From Acaryochloris sp. IP29b_bin.148 (GTDB lineage: Bacteria > Cyanobacteriota > Cyanobacteriia > Thermosynechococcales > Thermosynechococcaceae), in the NCBI RefSeq assembly GCF_028285565.1, contig NZ_JANQOY010000213.1, positions 1 to 7,745 of the forward strand: DNA of 7,745 bases, in the 5' to 3' direction. The notes below the pieces were generated by a model. It was not told the origin of the DNA. It saw only the letters and a program-made list of their open reading frames with translations, and made no database searches. Of this stretch, positions 6,385-7,745 are shown piece after piece. Position numbers and translations under genes: made by a program. Within the stretch, counting starts at the first letter, position 1. Every line of letters begins with the position of its first letter.

Positions 6385-6412
6385 TTAAAACCACAGTGAC
6401 AGCGACAACTAC
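6385..6412. repeat. Solo third copy of the element-B terminus (TTAAAACCACAGTG plus a related subterminal sequence).
   Basis: 'ttaaaaccacagtg' at 6385-6398 is identical to 5744-5757, in direct orientation. The next about 14 nt are partly similar ('gcgacaactac' against 'acgacactac'). I found no matching inverted partner downstream. Confidence 0.5.
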
Positions 6413-6435
6413 AGAAGTCAGTCGGGGAAACACGG

Positions 6436-6459
6436 TTTTTCGTGTAATTTTTCGTGTAA
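6436..6459. repeat. Perfect tandem duplication of the 12-mer TTTTTCGTGTAA.
   Basis: Read directly: 6436-6447 is identical to 6448-6459. Confidence 0.8.
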
Positions 6460-6487
6460 TACAGATAAGAAGAATTATTTGGAGTAG

Positions 6488-6526
6488 GAAAAATGGCAAA
6501 AATACCCCTTCAGGTAGGGGAAGGGG
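6488..6526 (-). terminator. Candidate rho-independent terminator of the toxin-antitoxin operon (minus strand).
   Basis: 7-bp GC-rich stem CCCCTTC (6505-6511) / GAAGGGG (6520-6526) with an 8-nt loop. On the minus strand it is followed by 'tatttttgccattttt' (complement of 6488-6504). It lies about 87 nt downstream of the toxin stop codon. Confidence 0.55.
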
Positions 6527-6612
6527 CTTGAAACGTGATTTTGGGATTTTCGGGGAGTAATGGCTTTGCTGAAATCTAGACTTTTGCCTATGGTTTGAGT
6601 GTCCGTTGCTCT

Positions 6613-7116
6613 CTATACGACACGTTTAGGGAGTGGATCGATTAAGGTAAGGGGAACATCAGGCAACTCTAAGAAACCACACTTATCGCGGTAAAAGGCA
6701 AAGGCGTTTTCATCCTTAGCTCTGACAATCAGAACTCGAACTCCGATCACATCGGCAGCAAGGAGAGTCTGAGCAACGGCATGATTGACTAGACCTCGTT
6801 CTAAACCTAAACCTTCATACCTCTGATCGACTGCTAATCGACCTAAAACGACGGCTGGAACTGGATCAGGTGCATTCCGCACTACCCGATTCGGTAGCCA
6901 TTGGCGTTGTACACTACCCGCAGACAAGCAATAATAGGCAACTACCTGATTTGACTTTTTTAGAGTAACTACAAAGACTCTGGAATATCCATAGCCATGA
7001 TTGTGCTTGGCCTTCTTTTGCAGCCAGGTATTGAGGATCGTGCTACTACTTTCAAAGGCTGACAGATCATGCTGCTCACCCAAAACCGTTGGCGGGTTAA
7101 AGGTTAACTTTCCCAC
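6613..7116 (-). CDS. GNAT-family N-acetyltransferase toxin of a type II TA system (TacT/KacT-like, partner of a DUF1778 antitoxin).
   Basis: 167 aa. It shows the typical layout of DUF1778-associated GNAT toxins: 'HDLSAFES...LNTWLQKKA', 'VVAYYCLSAGSV', 'PAVVLGRLAVDQRYEGLGLERGL' (acetyl-CoA binding region) and 'AFAFYRDKCGF'. Its start overlaps the antitoxin stop by 13 nt. Confidence 0.85.
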   Translation of the reverse strand: MGKLTFNPPTVLGEQHDLSAFESSSTILNTWLQKKAKHNHGYGYSRVFVVTLKKSNQVVAYYCLSAGSVQRQWLPNRVVRNAPDPVPAVVLGRLAVDQRYEGLGLERGLVNHAVAQTLLAADVIGVRVLIVRAKDENAFAFYRDKCGFLELPDVPLTLIDPLPKRVV

Positions 7117-7385
7117 GGTGCTTTATGTTCTTGTAAGGCTTTCCGGGCTGAGGAAGGTGGAGGAGGATTGTCTAAAATCTCCATAAAGGTATCCCACCCG
7201 CCATTCGACAGATAAAAAGTCGTCTGACCTAACAATAGTTCTTGGGCTTCTCGATAAGATGCATCTACCATGAACTCAGTTCTGGTCTTGCCTGCAACAG
7301 CCGCAGCTCTGTCGATGACATCTCCACGATGCGGATCAACTTTGAGATTGATCTTCTTCTTAGTGCTTTGAGTTGAAGCGGGCAT
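7104..7385 (-). CDS. DUF1778 (ribbon-helix-helix, TacA-like) antitoxin.
   Basis: 93 aa. 'INLKVDPHRGDVIDRAAAVAGKTRTEFMVDASYREAQELL' matches the DUF1778 RHH pattern. It sits upstream of, and overlaps, the GNAT toxin gene, which is the classic antitoxin-first operon order. An AGGAA Shine-Dalgarno-like sequence lies a few nt before the ATG. Confidence 0.85.
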   Translation of the reverse strand: MPASTQSTKKKINLKVDPHRGDVIDRAAAVAGKTRTEFMVDASYREAQELLLGQTTFYLSNGGWDTFMEILDNPPPPSSARKALQEHKAPWES

Positions 7386-7409
7386 GCTCTATTCCTGGTC
7401 CAGGTTTGT

Positions 7410-7424
7410 AGGTACATTGTACCT
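7410..7424. promoter_or_regulatory. Perfect palindrome AGGTACA-T-TGTACCT, candidate operator for autorepression by the RHH antitoxin.
   Basis: Two 7-bp arms are exactly complementary around one central nucleotide. The site lies 25-39 nt upstream of the antitoxin start codon, in the divergent intergenic region. Confidence 0.45.
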
Positions 7425-7562
7425 CTATGTTTAGTTTATTGCTAATTTGAATCTGAGTCTTAACATCTTATGCAGCAAGGGCACGTCGCACAGTTGTTTG
7501 GACTAGAATCTCCATGTATGGCATTCCAACCCATCACAGCGTCCTGATCCTAGGCTTTTCCA

Positions 7563-7745
7563 ATGACCGTCCCCGAAGTAAAACTCATTGTATTGGCGGA
7601 CCAGGCCGCTACCCCCATTGATGCTGCCCGGTCCCGAACCCAACCCCTAAAAACTACCCCAGCGGATCTGCGATGGATGAGAGTGGAAGAGTTTATGAGG
7701 TCTCGTGAGATTAGCTCCAACACTCGCAAAGCCTATGAACGGGAC
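7563..7745 (+). CDS. Tyrosine recombinase / phage-type integrase (XerC/XerD-like), N-terminal 61 aa. It continues beyond the window.
   Basis: The ATG at 7563 is preceded by an in-frame TAG at 7551, and the frame is open to the window end. 'RVEEFMRSREISSNTRKAYERD' matches the core-binding (SAM-like) N-terminal motif F..R.LS.NT..AY.RDL of tyrosine recombinases. This ORF is not in the supplied track because it is truncated. Confidence 0.6.
   Translation, partial: MTVPEVKLIVLADQAATPIDAARSRTQPLKTTPADLRWMRVEEFMRSREISSNTRKAYERD

Noticed and set aside
6493-6528. An 11-codon mini-ORF (MAKIPLQVGEGA) with a well-spaced GGAG upstream.
   Set aside because: It is too short to support. It coincides with the hairpin interpreted as the minus-strand terminator.
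7001-7186. ORF 7001-7186 (+).
   Set aside because: It lies antisense to the toxin/antitoxin junction of a well-supported TA operon and has no motifs.
7386-7562. Searched for a tRNA gene or att-like repeat next to the integrase start.
   Set aside because: I recognised no tRNA-like T-arm or acceptor pattern and no repeat shared with the rest of the window.

Overview
This looks like an accessory region, probably cyanobacterial. That origin is an inference from one HIP1 octamer (GCGATCGC) and the typical cyanobacterial CHAT / NB-ARC / 42-aa TPR protein style.

Layout from left to right:
1. The 3' end of a FAD-dependent (DAO-family) oxidoreductase on the + strand.
2. Two overlapping minus-strand genes of unknown function: a basic protein with a Cys cluster, then a protein with a kleisin-like C-terminus.
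3. The centrepiece at 1853-5409. A 371-aa ORF fuses a minimal caspase-like (CHAT) domain to a TIR domain and ends in the heptamer A_AAA_AAG followed by TAG. An NB-ARC (STAND) ATPase with nine near-identical 42-aa TPRs follows in the -1 frame. No stop codon and no ATG/GTG start lies between the two reading frames. The conserved NB-ARC leader motif (NLPRSGVVEFVGRD) sits upstream of the first possible start, TTG at 3118. The two ORFs therefore look like one CHAT-TIR-NB-ARC-TPR gene, either split by an A-tract indel or joined by -1 frameshifting. I read it as a candidate dual-effector anti-phage/conflict system with a plant-TNL-like architecture.
4. A 1.2-kb AT-rich stretch with no ORF of 60 aa or more, full of nested inverted repeats. 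It holds two MITE-like hairpin elements, an extra solo end copy, and a 13-mer present five times.
5. A minus-strand DUF1778/GNAT (TacA/TacT-like) type II toxin-antitoxin operon with a palindromic candidate operator and a downstream terminator.
6. The 5' end of a tyrosine recombinase running off the right edge.

All domain calls come from motif recognition by eye. No database search was run.
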